Shown piece after piece: positions 1 to 8,192 of a DNA stretch of 46,837 bases. The stretch lies in IMG/VR virus record IMGVR_UViG_3300048598_000525, positions 1 to 46,837 of that record; one strand, given 5' to 3'. The notes beneath the pieces were generated by a model, which saw nothing but the letters and a program-made list of their open reading frames with translations, was not told the origin of the DNA and made no database searches. The first letter of the stretch is position 1, and every line of letters begins with the position of its first letter. The position numbers were made by a program, and so were the translations under genes. The DNA comes from a virus. Lineage: Duplodnaviria; Caudoviricetes.

Positions 1-65
1 TCAGTTGGTAGAGCAGGGGACTGAAAATCCCCGTGTCGGCGGTTCAATTCCGTCCCCAGGCACCA
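1..65 (+). tRNA. tRNA-Phe(GAA), 5' end cut off by the window edge; prophage integration target
   Basis: D-loop AGTTGGTAGAGC, anticodon arm GGGGA-CTGAAAA-TCCCC, T-arm GGCGG-TTCAATT-CCGTC, 3' CCA. Confidence 0.95.
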
Positions 66-1401
66 TTTTTTTCAAGTAGTTAGGAAGTTTTATCGAAGCT
101 CTATTTCCCGCCGTGTGGGACTTCCGTGTGGGACTTTTCACTTCTGGCAAGTCAATTAGGATGCCATTTGAACCCACGGCAAGAGCCGGAACGAATCGCG
201 CAAGCCCGTCAACTGCCTCTTGTTTGCCCTTATCGATCAACTTCAAATAGCGTTTCGTCGTCTGTGATGACTTGTGGCGCCCAAGCTCTGACACAGCAAG
301 CGGGTTTATCTGTCCCACACTGGTCAAGAAAGTAGCTTTCAGATCATGGAAGCGATGATCGACCCCCAGTCGCTTTCCAAGCGTCTTATAGGACTTGTAC
401 GGATTTTTAACCGTGTGGACAGTCACCTCTCCTTTTCGTGTCCTGGTCGTTCTAAAAAATAACTTTGTCACCCCAATTTCTTTAGCCAGCTTGATCCGAC
501 GTTCTACAATCTCTTGGGCAATTTCGTTAAGACACATGATGTCGTCTCTCGCGCCTTTTGTTTCATCCCCTGGAACGCGCAATGCGGTCAAGTGCGGGAT
601 ATAATCGTTAATCTCAAGATCAAAGATATTGGTGCGGCGATAGCCCGTCATGGCATCAAGTAAGATTGCGTCGGCCAGGTAAAGCCTATCTTTTCCATCC
701 GACCAGGCGTTTGGATCCCGCGCCATCTGGTACATTTTTGTTACGATGTCAAAGTCTACCGGGTTTGGATCTCTGGTCGTTTCTTTAAGTTCAGGAACTT
801 TCGGCATAATTGGCAAGACCGGGTAGCCTGTCATTGGATCAATAATCCGATGGGCAACATGAAGGGCTTTGCTTAAAACAAAAAGATAGCGGTTGATTGT
901 CGAGTCCGCGCGTGTTTTGTCCAGCGTCTTAAATAATTTTTCTTTGTGGTCTTTTGCATCTTCCGGCCTTTCAGGGCCGCCAAGGTAAATTTTAATTTTC
1001 TGTTTTCTTGAAAACTTGATGTACTCCCAAATCGCGTGTTCGGTTATATCCGTGACAGGCGTTTCCGGGCGGAAATATACCAACAATTCCCTAGCGAGTT
1101 TCGTTTTTTTCTTGATGTCTTTTTGCCGTTCGCACTGTTCAAGCATTTCAGCCATAGCTTGAGCAAGCGTGAAAGAACCTGGCGTGTAATCCTTGCGGCC
1201 GTGCCCAAGCTCAAGGCGTGTGCGCAACTGACGTTCGCTTTTTTCAGCTTGCGTTCTGTTTGTTGCGGCGTTTCCCTTTTCATCAACGCAATAGCCATGC
1301 TGGCGTTCACCGCTCAAATAAAAATCATAACGCCATTTTTTGCGTGATTTATCGAAAAAAACCGTCATGGTTTTGCCCCTTGTTGCTTTTAGTGAAGGCA
1401 A
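1..1401 (-). CDS. int: Tyrosine integrase whose C-terminus runs through the att core (start may be 1368)
   Basis: TGYRRTNI (R), ETKG (K), RFHDLK (H-x-x-K variant), LGRHKSSQTTKRY (H, Y); N-terminal arm-binding-like KWRYDFYLSGER; abuts attL. Confidence 0.9.
   Translation of the reverse strand: MPSLKATRGKTMTVFFDKSRKKWRYDFYLSGERQHGYCVDEKGNAATNRTQAEKSERQLRTRLELGHGRKDYTPGSFTLAQAMAEMLEQCERQKDIKKKTKLARELLVYFRPETPVTDITEHAIWEYIKFSRKQKIKIYLGGPERPEDAKDHKEKLFKTLDKTRADSTINRYLFVLSKALHVAHRIIDPMTGYPVLPIMPKVPELKETTRDPNPVDFDIVTKMYQMARDPNAWSDGKDRLYLADAILLDAMTGYRRTNIFDLEINDYIPHLTALRVPGDETKGARDDIMCLNEIAQEIVERRIKLAKEIGVTKLFFRTTRTRKGEVTVHTVKNPYKSYKTLGKRLGVDHRFHDLKATFLTSVGQINPLAVSELGRHKSSQTTKRYLKLIDKGKQEAVDGLARFVPALAVGSNGILIDLPEVKSPTRKSHTAGNRASIKLPNYLKKMVPGDGIEPPTRGFSVPCSTN
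21..68 (+). repeat. attL core (48 bp)
   Basis: CTGAAAATCCCCGTGTCGGCGGTTCAATTCCGTCCCCAGGCACCATTT, identical to 45199-45246. Confidence 0.95.
111..135 (+). promoter_or_regulatory. Tandem putative integrase arm-type sites (CCGTGTGGGA x2)
   Basis: CCGTGTGGGACT at 111-122 and 124-135; the same tandem pair recurs near attR. Confidence 0.7.
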
Positions 1402-1748
1402 GAATCTTTACAGATAGCCCCTGATTTGGCAAGAAAAGCCATTGCCTCACGATGTGCGGCCGAAGTGTATGCAGTTTTGCGCGGTTTTCTGGTTTTTCCG
1501 TCAGCGTTAAGGCACTTATGCGACGGCGTAAATTCCTGCCTTTTTTGATAATCCGCGATGCTGTCGACATACACGCGCAAAAAATGGTGCCCTGTTCCGG
1601 CGTAGTGCGCTTCAAGATCTCCGCTATCGATTAGTTTGTAAATGATGGTTGGCGAGACGTCGAGGATCTCGGCAGCGCGCTTTACGCGCATGACCGGCCG
1701 CACGTTGATGCCGGAAATCTGATCGATGTTTTCGGCCAACCTCACCAA
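1389..1748 (-). CDS. Excisionase-like HTH_17 DNA-binding protein
   Basis: MRVKRAAEILDVSPTIIYKLIDSGDLEA motif; directly upstream of the integrase. Confidence 0.75.
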   Translation of the reverse strand: MVRLAENIDQISGINVRPVMRVKRAAEILDVSPTIIYKLIDSGDLEAHYAGTGHHFLRVYVDSIADYQKRQEFTPSHKCLNADGKTRKPRKTAYTSAAHREAMAFLAKSGAICKDSCLH

Positions 1749-2015
1749 CTAAACCTCCCTGATCTTGCTAAGTAACTCTTCGAGACAGCCGGTCTTGTCC
1801 CAATACGAACGGACAAGTTCGCAAGCACGTTCGCGATCAGCTCCGACCATTAAGGCAAGCGCGCCGGCCGTCAGCATTTGATCGATGCCAGTTTGGGCAT
1901 CAAGCTCCCGCGCCTTGAGTATCGCGTCGCGAATTACATCAACATTATGAACGCTTGTGGTGTGCGGGATTAGTTTGGCGGATGCCTCTCGCGCTAGTTC
2001 TTTTATATCGATCAT
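1749..2015 (-). CDS. Hypothetical phage protein
   Basis: ORF coupled (ATGA) to the upstream HNH gene. Confidence 0.55.
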   Translation of the reverse strand: MIDIKELAREASAKLIPHTTSVHNVDVIRDAILKARELDAQTGIDQMLTAGALALMVGADRERACELVRSYWDKTGCLEELLSKIREV

Positions 2016-2641
2016 CTGTTGGCGGCTTTCTCTTTTTTTAAACATCTAAGTTTGGCGAGTGTTATAATCGCCGGTCTTACTTCTGGAATGGATTCATCAT
2101 AGTTGGCGCCACGGTGCCCGTTCATAAATGGAAGTGCCCCCCGCGGAATAAGGGACCAATTCGATGGGTTGGTGTTTTGTCTGTTTCCATCTAAGCATTT
2201 CAAACACATTCCGGCTGGAACTGGGCCGTTTTGAGTTTCCCAAAGATATTTATGTTTTAAAACAAAACGACGTTCATATCCTGTGTGCGGGTTTTTCTGA
2301 TTAATGCTGATTTCAATGTAACCGTCTTTTGAAACACGTTCATAACCAAGAAACTTCGCATTTGGCGGAACTCCTCCTTTTTTAAATTGAGTTGCCGCGC
2401 TATTTGCATTGTAGGGCATTTTTTTGCCTTTGTTTGCCGGGACATTGCCAGGCTTTAGCCGCCCATCGCGGCCTGTCTTCCATCCTTTGCGTGTGCATAA
2501 AGATTTGTAATTATCTAGGGTAATATCGGATCTATTGAAGCGCACACAAAAAGCTTTATGCCCATCGCGCCTTGTCATAACTCGATGAGATTTAATCCAT
2601 AACAATTCCTCTTTCGAGTATTTGATTTGCTTGCCTTTCAT
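2012..2641 (-). CDS. HNH endonuclease-domain protein (HNH_3 type)
   Basis: GNVPANKG..., QFKKG, DGYIEI, HKYLWETQNGPVPAGMCLKCLDGNRQNTNPSNW. Confidence 0.8.
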   Translation of the reverse strand: MKGKQIKYSKEELLWIKSHRVMTRRDGHKAFCVRFNRSDITLDNYKSLCTRKGWKTGRDGRLKPGNVPANKGKKMPYNANSAATQFKKGGVPPNAKFLGYERVSKDGYIEISINQKNPHTGYERRFVLKHKYLWETQNGPVPAGMCLKCLDGNRQNTNPSNWSLIPRGALPFMNGHRGANYDESIPEVRPAIITLAKLRCLKKEKAANR

Positions 2642-2692
2642 TTTTGAGGCCCACGCAAGCTCTTTAACTCGCTAGATATATCGGCTTTGCCC

Positions 2693-2917
2693 TCAATCAT
2701 GGGGAAGCATGCTTTCATAATTTCCACCGTATTCCGCAACTAGTTTTGCTGTATCTATAGCAACATTAGCTGTATCGATGATTTGAGACGCAATTTTAAC
2801 GACCGCATCAGTGCGTTGAATTTCCTTTGTCAAATCTTCTGACGAAAGGCTTTCGTCACTAAGACGCTCAAGTTGGGAAAAAAGATGATTGTTAAGATCG
2901 ATAAGCTTATTTTTCAT
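2693..2917 (-). CDS. Conserved phage protein typically found upstream of this HNH type; probable +1 indel near 2701-2704 (corrected end 2638)
   Basis: MKNKLIDLNNHLFSQLERL...EIQR signature; removing one base from the G4 run extends the ORF to a TGA overlapping the HNH start. Confidence 0.7.
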   Translation of the reverse strand: MKNKLIDLNNHLFSQLERLSDESLSSEDLTKEIQRTDAVVKIASQIIDTANVAIDTAKLVAEYGGNYESMLPHD

Positions 2918-3326
2918 GGTTCGTCTCGCTATGCTTCGTTTTCATATGCCTGGCTAGATTTGCGAACGTGCGATTGCAGCAAGGGCAAACGCCAGCATTC
3001 ACACGATTTTTGAATTTGGTCAGTTTCCCGCGTTCGACAGCAACTTGTTTCTTGGCGTCTTCACGCGCTTCGCGTATCTGATCGTGAAGATATGCTTCAT
3101 TTTGTTTTAGTTGATCGCGCTCACGACGAACTTTATCAAGGTCACTCTCGCCAGTGACGTAGTGTTGTGGGTGCCCGAGGGGGCAATAGAACGTTCCGCC
3201 TTCTTTCATGCGGCTCATGGTGTCGTAAACTTGTTCTGACATTGCAAAAGGTGTCTTGCACCTATGACACGTCTCTATGATCATCCGGCCAAGCTGAAAA
3301 TCTGTAACAACATCTAAGCGGCTCAT
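2907..3326 (-). CDS. Zinc-finger / coiled-coil phage protein
   Basis: CHRC...CPLGH, coiled coil, C-terminal CPCCNRTFANLARHMKTKH (C2H2-like). Confidence 0.7.
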   Translation of the reverse strand: MSRLDVVTDFQLGRMIIETCHRCKTPFAMSEQVYDTMSRMKEGGTFYCPLGHPQHYVTGESDLDKVRRERDQLKQNEAYLHDQIREAREDAKKQVAVERGKLTKFKNRVNAGVCPCCNRTFANLARHMKTKHSETNHEK

Positions 3327-3327
3327 C

Positions 3328-3504
3328 TCACACCAACCCCTTGTCGATCGCCAGCCATTCGGGCATCGTGAAAGTGCCGTCCTGATTGTTTTCGACATAT
3401 TGTTTAGGAAGCCAAACGTCTTGATCGCCATCGTTCACGAGAAACGCTTTATCCGTTTCGTGTTTTAGGTCGGCCATGATGTCAACCAAGCGTGGATCAG
3501 CCAT
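3328..3504 (-). CDS. Small conserved phage protein
   Basis: HETDKAFLV..VWLPK..TMPEWLAIDKGL motif; GGAG RBS. Confidence 0.65.
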   Translation of the reverse strand: MADPRLVDIMADLKHETDKAFLVNDGDQDVWLPKQYVENNQDGTFTMPEWLAIDKGLV

Positions 3505-3505
3505 A

Positions 3506-3772
3506 TCAATCTCCACGTTTTTCAATGAAAGGCCCAATTCGGCAATTCGGATCTTCGCAACAGCATATGGATCCGCCTCGACGTTGCTTTTTTTTGTTTC
3601 CTTGTCCAGCCTTCTCTAGTTCTTCTGTTTCGAGCTTATGCTCTTTTTGAAGCGCAAGGGTTAGATTGCTGATGGTTTGTTTTGTGTCGGGCAAACGAAA
3701 GCCCACATCGAAAGAGTTTTGATCATCATCTTGTTTTTTAAACAACTGTTCCATGTCGCACCTATGCCGCAA
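3506..3772 (-). CDS. Hypothetical protein with a Cys cluster
   Basis: Fills the operon gap; CCCEDPNC motif. Confidence 0.5.
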   Translation of the reverse strand: MRHRCDMEQLFKKQDDDQNSFDVGFRLPDTKQTISNLTLALQKEHKLETEELEKAGQGNKKKQRRGGSICCCEDPNCRIGPFIEKRGD

Positions 3773-5111
3773 AAGCGTGGTTTATAACCGCACATTGTTG
3801 TTGAACGCGATTAACGGCATCGAAACAGTCTTGTTTTGATAGGCCGTTTTTAGTTTTGTTTTCTTGATCGCGACGAATAGCAAATGAAACAGCCAGATCG
3901 ATAACATTTGCCAGCATTGCGCCGCTTACAACTTCTGAAAGACGCAAGCCTTTTTGGATGTATCTATCAGGAGAGTAAACAGATTGCCCAAGATCATCGG
4001 CAAGAACATGCAAATCTTGACCGGATGCAAGAGGGACACGCTTTAAATTCATTAAAAGGATTTCTGTTCCTTCTTTTTGAGCGGGGCGCGTTACTGTTAC
4101 CTTGCGATCGATGCGGCCGTCACGAACGATTGCCGGATCTAAAACATCCGGACGATTTGTCGCAATGATTACGATAGCGGCGCTGTCCTCAAGACCATCC
4201 ATTTCGGTTAGAAATTGGGGAACGATCGTGTTTCCGATCCCAACATTTCGGGATCCGCGTGTTGCTAAAATTGCATCTGCCTCATCCAAGAAAATCACAG
4301 CGGGATAGCCATGTTCTTCTTTATGCCTACGGGCATCAAAGAAAAGATCGCGAATTGTTTTCTCGCTTTGACCGACATACTGATCAAGTATCTCCGGGCC
4401 CTTAACATAAAGAAAACCAGTGCGGGCATTTTCTTTCCCGTAGATTGAAGAAAGTGAATTTGCCGCGGCTTTTCCTAGCATGGTTTTTCCACAGCCAGGG
4501 GGGCCAGATAGCAATATCCCTTTGATCGGTCTCTTATTGTAAAACTTGAACAAGTCTTTATTTTTATGTGGCGTTTCTATAGCCTCGATCATGTCCGCTT
4601 TTGCTTCTTCAAGTCCGCCTATGTCGGCCCAAGTTACGTTAGGAATCTGATCGGGTGAAAAACGAGACGCTTCAAGAGGTGGGCGGCCAAGGTGTTCGAC
4701 AATTTGAAGGCTTTTGGGATGCAATAGAACTTCGTCCCCTTCTTCTAATTTAGGACAGGCCTCGATACGCATGTTTTGATCGCCGCGTTTTACATAGGCG
4801 TGTTTTTTGTCTTTTGACACACGGTCAATGGTGTAGAGAATTAAGGGCTCTTTCTGGACGCGCTCAAGGATTTCTCTTAATTCTTCAATTTGCTCCTTTG
4901 CTTCCGCTAAGGCTTCGCTTGATACGATCGGCTGTTCTGTTTGAGTTTGACCGAAAGTTATTTTTCCAATGAAAGGGCCTTCCGACGAACCGTCCAAACC
5001 TCCGGCGCGAACAACATCACCAATGTTAAACCATCTTTCAGGTGTTACGCGTCCCATAAAATTTTCTTTTATAAACTTCTCATATTCTTCTCTAGTTTTG
5101 AAGTTTGGCAT
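3762..5111 (-). CDS. Proteasome-associated-type AAA+ ATPase (ARC/Mpa/PAN-like)
   Basis: Coiled coil + OB-like region, PNVTWADIGGL, Walker A GPPGCGKT, VKGPEILDQYVG, Walker B FLDEAD, TIVPQFLTEMDG, SRH ATNRPDVLDPAIVRDGRID, SGAMLANV. Confidence 0.85.
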   Translation of the reverse strand: MPNFKTREEYEKFIKENFMGRVTPERWFNIGDVVRAGGLDGSSEGPFIGKITFGQTQTEQPIVSSEALAEAKEQIEELREILERVQKEPLILYTIDRVSKDKKHAYVKRGDQNMRIEACPKLEEGDEVLLHPKSLQIVEHLGRPPLEASRFSPDQIPNVTWADIGGLEEAKADMIEAIETPHKNKDLFKFYNKRPIKGILLSGPPGCGKTMLGKAAANSLSSIYGKENARTGFLYVKGPEILDQYVGQSEKTIRDLFFDARRHKEEHGYPAVIFLDEADAILATRGSRNVGIGNTIVPQFLTEMDGLEDSAAIVIIATNRPDVLDPAIVRDGRIDRKVTVTRPAQKEGTEILLMNLKRVPLASGQDLHVLADDLGQSVYSPDRYIQKGLRLSEVVSGAMLANVIDLAVSFAIRRDQENKTKNGLSKQDCFDAVNRVQQQCAVINHAFAA

Positions 5112-5112
5112 G

Positions 5113-5289
5113 TCATTGTTTCCCGTTGATGTATGGTTGTTTTGTTTTGGAGATTAGGAACTTCACATCAGGCATAAGCATATAGGCGACGAACAAAAAC
5201 CATCCACACCCATTAATTCCATGCAAATCAAGAGATGCGGCTCCTATAACGCAAATGATCGATGGGACAAAAGGAAGGAAATAGAGCAT
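5113..5289 (-). CDS. Small two-TM membrane protein
   Basis: Two hydrophobic stretches with GWFLF motif; coupled to neighbours. Confidence 0.5.
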   Translation of the reverse strand: MLYFLPFVPSIICVIGAASLDLHGINGCGWFLFVAYMLMPDVKFLISKTKQPYINGKQ

Positions 5290-5738
5290 CACGCCGCACC
5301 TATTGTCTTGGTGTGCCAATCAACGTTGTTGATGGCGGCGGCCGGCGCTTGCGCTTCGACCAGACAAGAATGTCTTGCGAGGTTCTTCACGAGCTCATAC
5401 GCGCTTTGACGAAGATCAGGGCTTTCGATGCCATCATATGCACGGATCAGTTCAAGAACATCGCGACGATTTGGAATGCCGATTGCCTTTGTTTCTTCGA
5501 CCTGCGCCTCGGCATCATAGCCATCAAAGAAATCCGAAACTTTCACATTTAGAATTTTGGAAAATTGATGAAGGCGGCTTGCGCTCAAGCGATTGGTGCC
5601 ATGTTCATACTTTTGAACTTGCTGGAAGGTGATGCCAGAGAATTTTCCCAGCTGTTCTTGGCTGATGCCAGCAAGGCTGCGCATATGGCGAAGGCGCGCG
5701 CCAACATGGATGTCGACGGGATCAGGGGTGTTGCTCAT
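5289..5738 (-). CDS. XRE-family regulator, PraR/PhrR-like
   Basis: PDPVDIHVGARLR...SQEQLG...ITFQQVQKYEHGTNRLSASRL...FFDG. Confidence 0.85.
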   Translation of the reverse strand: MSNTPDPVDIHVGARLRHMRSLAGISQEQLGKFSGITFQQVQKYEHGTNRLSASRLHQFSKILNVKVSDFFDGYDAEAQVEETKAIGIPNRRDVLELIRAYDGIESPDLRQSAYELVKNLARHSCLVEAQAPAAAINNVDWHTKTIGAA

Positions 5739-5937
5739 TAGCTGGCTCTCCTTTTGTTGCAATGACGGCAAATTGATTGGTTGCTTTTGCGTCTTCGATC
5801 AGCTGAACGCAGGTCGATATGCAGGAATCGCAAATTGTTGCATGTGTGCCGGCGACGATCTTTCTTTCCGAGGATCCATCTTCTGAAAATTGCGATCCGC
5901 AAAATGAACACCGAATTTTTGCTTGAACCTCAACCAT
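5722..5937 (-). CDS. Stand-alone ClpX C4-type zinc-finger protein
   Basis: CSFCG...KIVAGTHATICDSCISTCVQLI matches the ClpX zinc-binding domain. Confidence 0.85.
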   Translation of the reverse strand: MVEVQAKIRCSFCGSQFSEDGSSERKIVAGTHATICDSCISTCVQLIEDAKATNQFAVIATKGEPANEQHP

Positions 5938-6071
5938 GTCACCCCGCTATCTTTGATGATGCTTTGGTGCAAAGAACAGCCGCCGCGGTCGTCATGCCCG
6001 ATAAAATTGCAAGGCTAGCGGTCACCCAAAACAGCGGTAAACTTGCGGCAAAGCGAAGTGCTTTAACGGTT

Positions 6072-6323
6072 CTATTTGGTTGCTGCATTTTTTCCACCTG
6101 TTGCGTTTTGAAATGTGTCTGATGATCCAATCGGCATAACAACCATTGGGCTTTTTTGGAGCAAGTCGGCGGATTGCTTCGCGCCGGCTAAAAGCTGTGC
6201 GTTGGCGGCCAATATGATTTGAGTTTCGTGCTTGTGATCGGCGCGCTGGATCAAGAAAAAGCAACCCCACGACCCGATAAGAGCGACGGCCAACAGTGTG
6301 ATAATGAGAGGGGCGCGGTTCAT
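6072..6323 (-). CDS. Hypothetical membrane-anchored protein
   Basis: N-terminal hydrophobic helix; ATGA overlap with the upstream ORF. Confidence 0.5.
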   Translation of the reverse strand: MNRAPLIITLLAVALIGSWGCFFLIQRADHKHETQIILAANAQLLAGAKQSADLLQKSPMVVMPIGSSDTFQNATGGKNAATK

Positions 6324-6562
6324 GGCTTACCAGCCAATCCGCAATAACCGCTATCTGTTATGCAAACGTCTCGCGTAGAATTACATTTGACGTTTTTGCG
6401 CCAAGCCATGCACGTAGAACCGATGCACATAGTTTCTAATGATGGAAGCCCGCTATGCCATTCCCTATTTCCGTCAGTTAAGAATTGTTCATCCGAGGAA
6501 CATGGGCGCTGCACTTTGGCAAATGGGCACCATTTGTTTTTTGCTTCTGTTTCTGTCGGCAT
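6320..6562 (-). CDS. Cys-rich conserved phage protein
   Basis: TEAKNKWCPF...CIGSTCMAWR...GYCGLAGKP; GGAG RBS. Confidence 0.7.
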   Translation of the reverse strand: MPTETEAKNKWCPFAKVQRPCSSDEQFLTDGNREWHSGLPSLETMCIGSTCMAWRKNVKCNSTRDVCITDSGYCGLAGKP

Positions 6563-6581
6563 TTTTTATCTCTCCAAAAAG

Positions 6582-6900
6582 TGGAAGCCGGCAGGATTGT
6601 TTACCTGCTTGGCGTATCCGATTTGAACGGATGGGGGGCACTTCTCGCCGCGCATGGCTCAGACGAAACACCTCCTATCTGCACTTACGTTTAGACCTCT
6701 CACGCAACGCACCGGCTTCCATATGTGCCGTCTCTCCGGCTGTCGCGCCTACAACATCGCGTTCAAGATCACTGCTATCGACCTAGCTCGTATCCCGCAT
6801 GATGGCGGTATGAGGATTCACCTCAATAGGGGCCGATTTCGCGACACCGCTCCGGTTATTTAACGAGCGACGGAGATTACTCGCTTCCCTTTCGGGAACT
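6582..6900 (-). ncRNA. Candidate structured, tRNA-like non-coding RNA region
   Basis: T-arm-like ATCCG-TTCAAAT-CGGAT, D-arm-like CGT-GAGAGGTCTAA-ACG, enclosing stem TGGAAGCCGG/CCGGCTTCCA, GAAA hairpin, possible pseudoknot; no convincing ORF. Confidence 0.4.
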
Positions 6901-6901
6901 C

Positions 6902-7219
6902 TTACGCAGCGTCGGTTGACGAAGCGGTGCTTTCAGGTGAGGCGGACGCTTCTGCGCCCGTTGCAGCCGTAGCCGTCTCGGCCGTGCTGGTAGCGGTTGG
7001 CGTCAGCTGGGCCAGGATGGCGTCGAGCTTTGACGACAAGGGCGACAGGTCGAGTGCTAGAGGCGTTTTGACAAGAACGTCGACGGCGCCAGCGAGTGCC
7101 GCGACCTGCTTGGTCAATTCGGCGATCTCGACCGTTTGGGTCTTTTCAATGTCGGCAAAATTTTGCGTATCGGTCATGTGAAGCAGTCCTTTCAGATAGT
7201 TGATGATTTTTTTGATCAT
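6902..7219 (-). CDS. Hypothetical protein with an Ala/Ser/Thr-rich tail
   Basis: GAGG RBS; coiled-coil-like middle; low-complexity C-terminus ending AA. Confidence 0.55.
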   Translation of the reverse strand: MIKKIINYLKGLLHMTDTQNFADIEKTQTVEIAELTKQVAALAGAVDVLVKTPLALDLSPLSSKLDAILAQLTPTATSTAETATAATGAEASASPESTASSTDAA

Positions 7220-7283
7220 GTTTGATGTCCTCGGCCGGTTTGTTATCCCTACGCAGTGGCCGTTTGCCACGCAGGGAATGGCT

Positions 7284-7478
7284 TTATTTCTGTGTAAGGC
7301 GTTGCCTTGAAGCGGCATCGTTAGGATGCGCTTCAAGATGCTTTTTGATGGCTGTGCGCGCCTTATCGGACAAACCGTTTCTTCTCGGCCTTGCCGTATT
7401 GACCTTTTGGTGCATTGTGCGATCACACACGACGCGCGGATGGATGCTTTTTTGAATGCGGTATTCTTGTGCTGGCAT
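7284..7478 (-). CDS. Small basic hypothetical protein
   Basis: AGGAGG RBS before ATG 7478. Confidence 0.55.
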   Translation of the reverse strand: MPAQEYRIQKSIHPRVVCDRTMHQKVNTARPRRNGLSDKARTAIKKHLEAHPNDAASRQRLTQK

Positions 7479-7557
7479 GTTGCCTCCTATAAAGCCCACA
7501 TCGTTCGGAACCAGCGAAGTTGCTGCCGAAAGAAATGGCGGATGTCTGAATAAGCGT

Positions 7558-7785
7558 TCAATGCAGCCTCCCGCGGGTTTTAGTGATTGCGCTTTCGCAA
7601 ATAGCTGCGACCATTTGAGAATCGAATGGCGATCCTGAAATGCGGAAGGTCGGGGCGGCCATCAATGTGGTTGTTGCAAGGACTAAAGCGGCCAGCAGCG
7701 TTTCTTGTTCGGACTGTGTGCCGACTTTCGTCGGGCCGAAGGCGTCCATAAAGAACTCGATTGATGGGGTGTCGTTCTGGCTCAC
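7558..7785 (-). CDS. Hypothetical protein
   Basis: GTGA overlap with the upstream ORF; GGAG RBS. Confidence 0.45.
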   Translation of the reverse strand: MSQNDTPSIEFFMDAFGPTKVGTQSEQETLLAALVLATTTLMAAPTFRISGSPFDSQMVAAICESAITKTRGRLH

Positions 7786-8051
7786 ATTCCGCTCCCATTA
7801 TGGAAGTTGTCAGAAAGCCAAATGATGGCGTTGTACCAAGCCGCGTCGATCACTGTTGCGATCACAAAGCCAAGAATGACAGCCAACCAAATTTTATCGA
7901 ACGGGCTGGCTTGTTTTTGGGTGACGGCTACGGCATGAATTTTGTTGTTTCCATTTGTCGCGATAAAGCAGGGGCCGCTTTGAAAATTCATGTTTTCAAG
8001 GCTTTTTCCCTTGATTGCAGGGAACTGCATTCGCTTGGCTGCAATTTGCAT
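7782..8051 (-). CDS. First gene of the leftward early operon; C-terminal TM helix
   Basis: GGAGG RBS before ATG 8051, just downstream of PL. Confidence 0.55.
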   Translation of the reverse strand: MQIAAKRMQFPAIKGKSLENMNFQSGPCFIATNGNNKIHAVAVTQKQASPFDKIWLAVILGFVIATVIDAAWYNAIIWLSDNFHNGSGM

Positions 8052-8081
8052 TATTAGTTCCTCCGACTGGCTGACGGAGGG

Positions 8082-8124
8082 AGAATGACAAAACGTCATG
8101 TTATAGTCAATGACAAAATGTCAT
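8082..8124 (-). promoter_or_regulatory. PL promoter with two OL operators
   Basis: Palindromes ATGAC-N5-GTCAT at 8085-8099 and 8110-8124; minus-strand TTGACT-17-CATTCT (8110-8082). Confidence 0.8.
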
Positions 8125-8192
8125 ATTTGCGTAATGTTTTGATAAGTGCTTATTTGTTAAGGACTATTGAGATCGCTTGACGGGGAAAACTT

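Noticed and set aside
330-355. HDLK instead of HDLR as evidence that the integrase is dead
   Set aside because: The other catalytic residues and the att/arm sites are intact, and the substitution is conservative; not enough to call a pseudogene.
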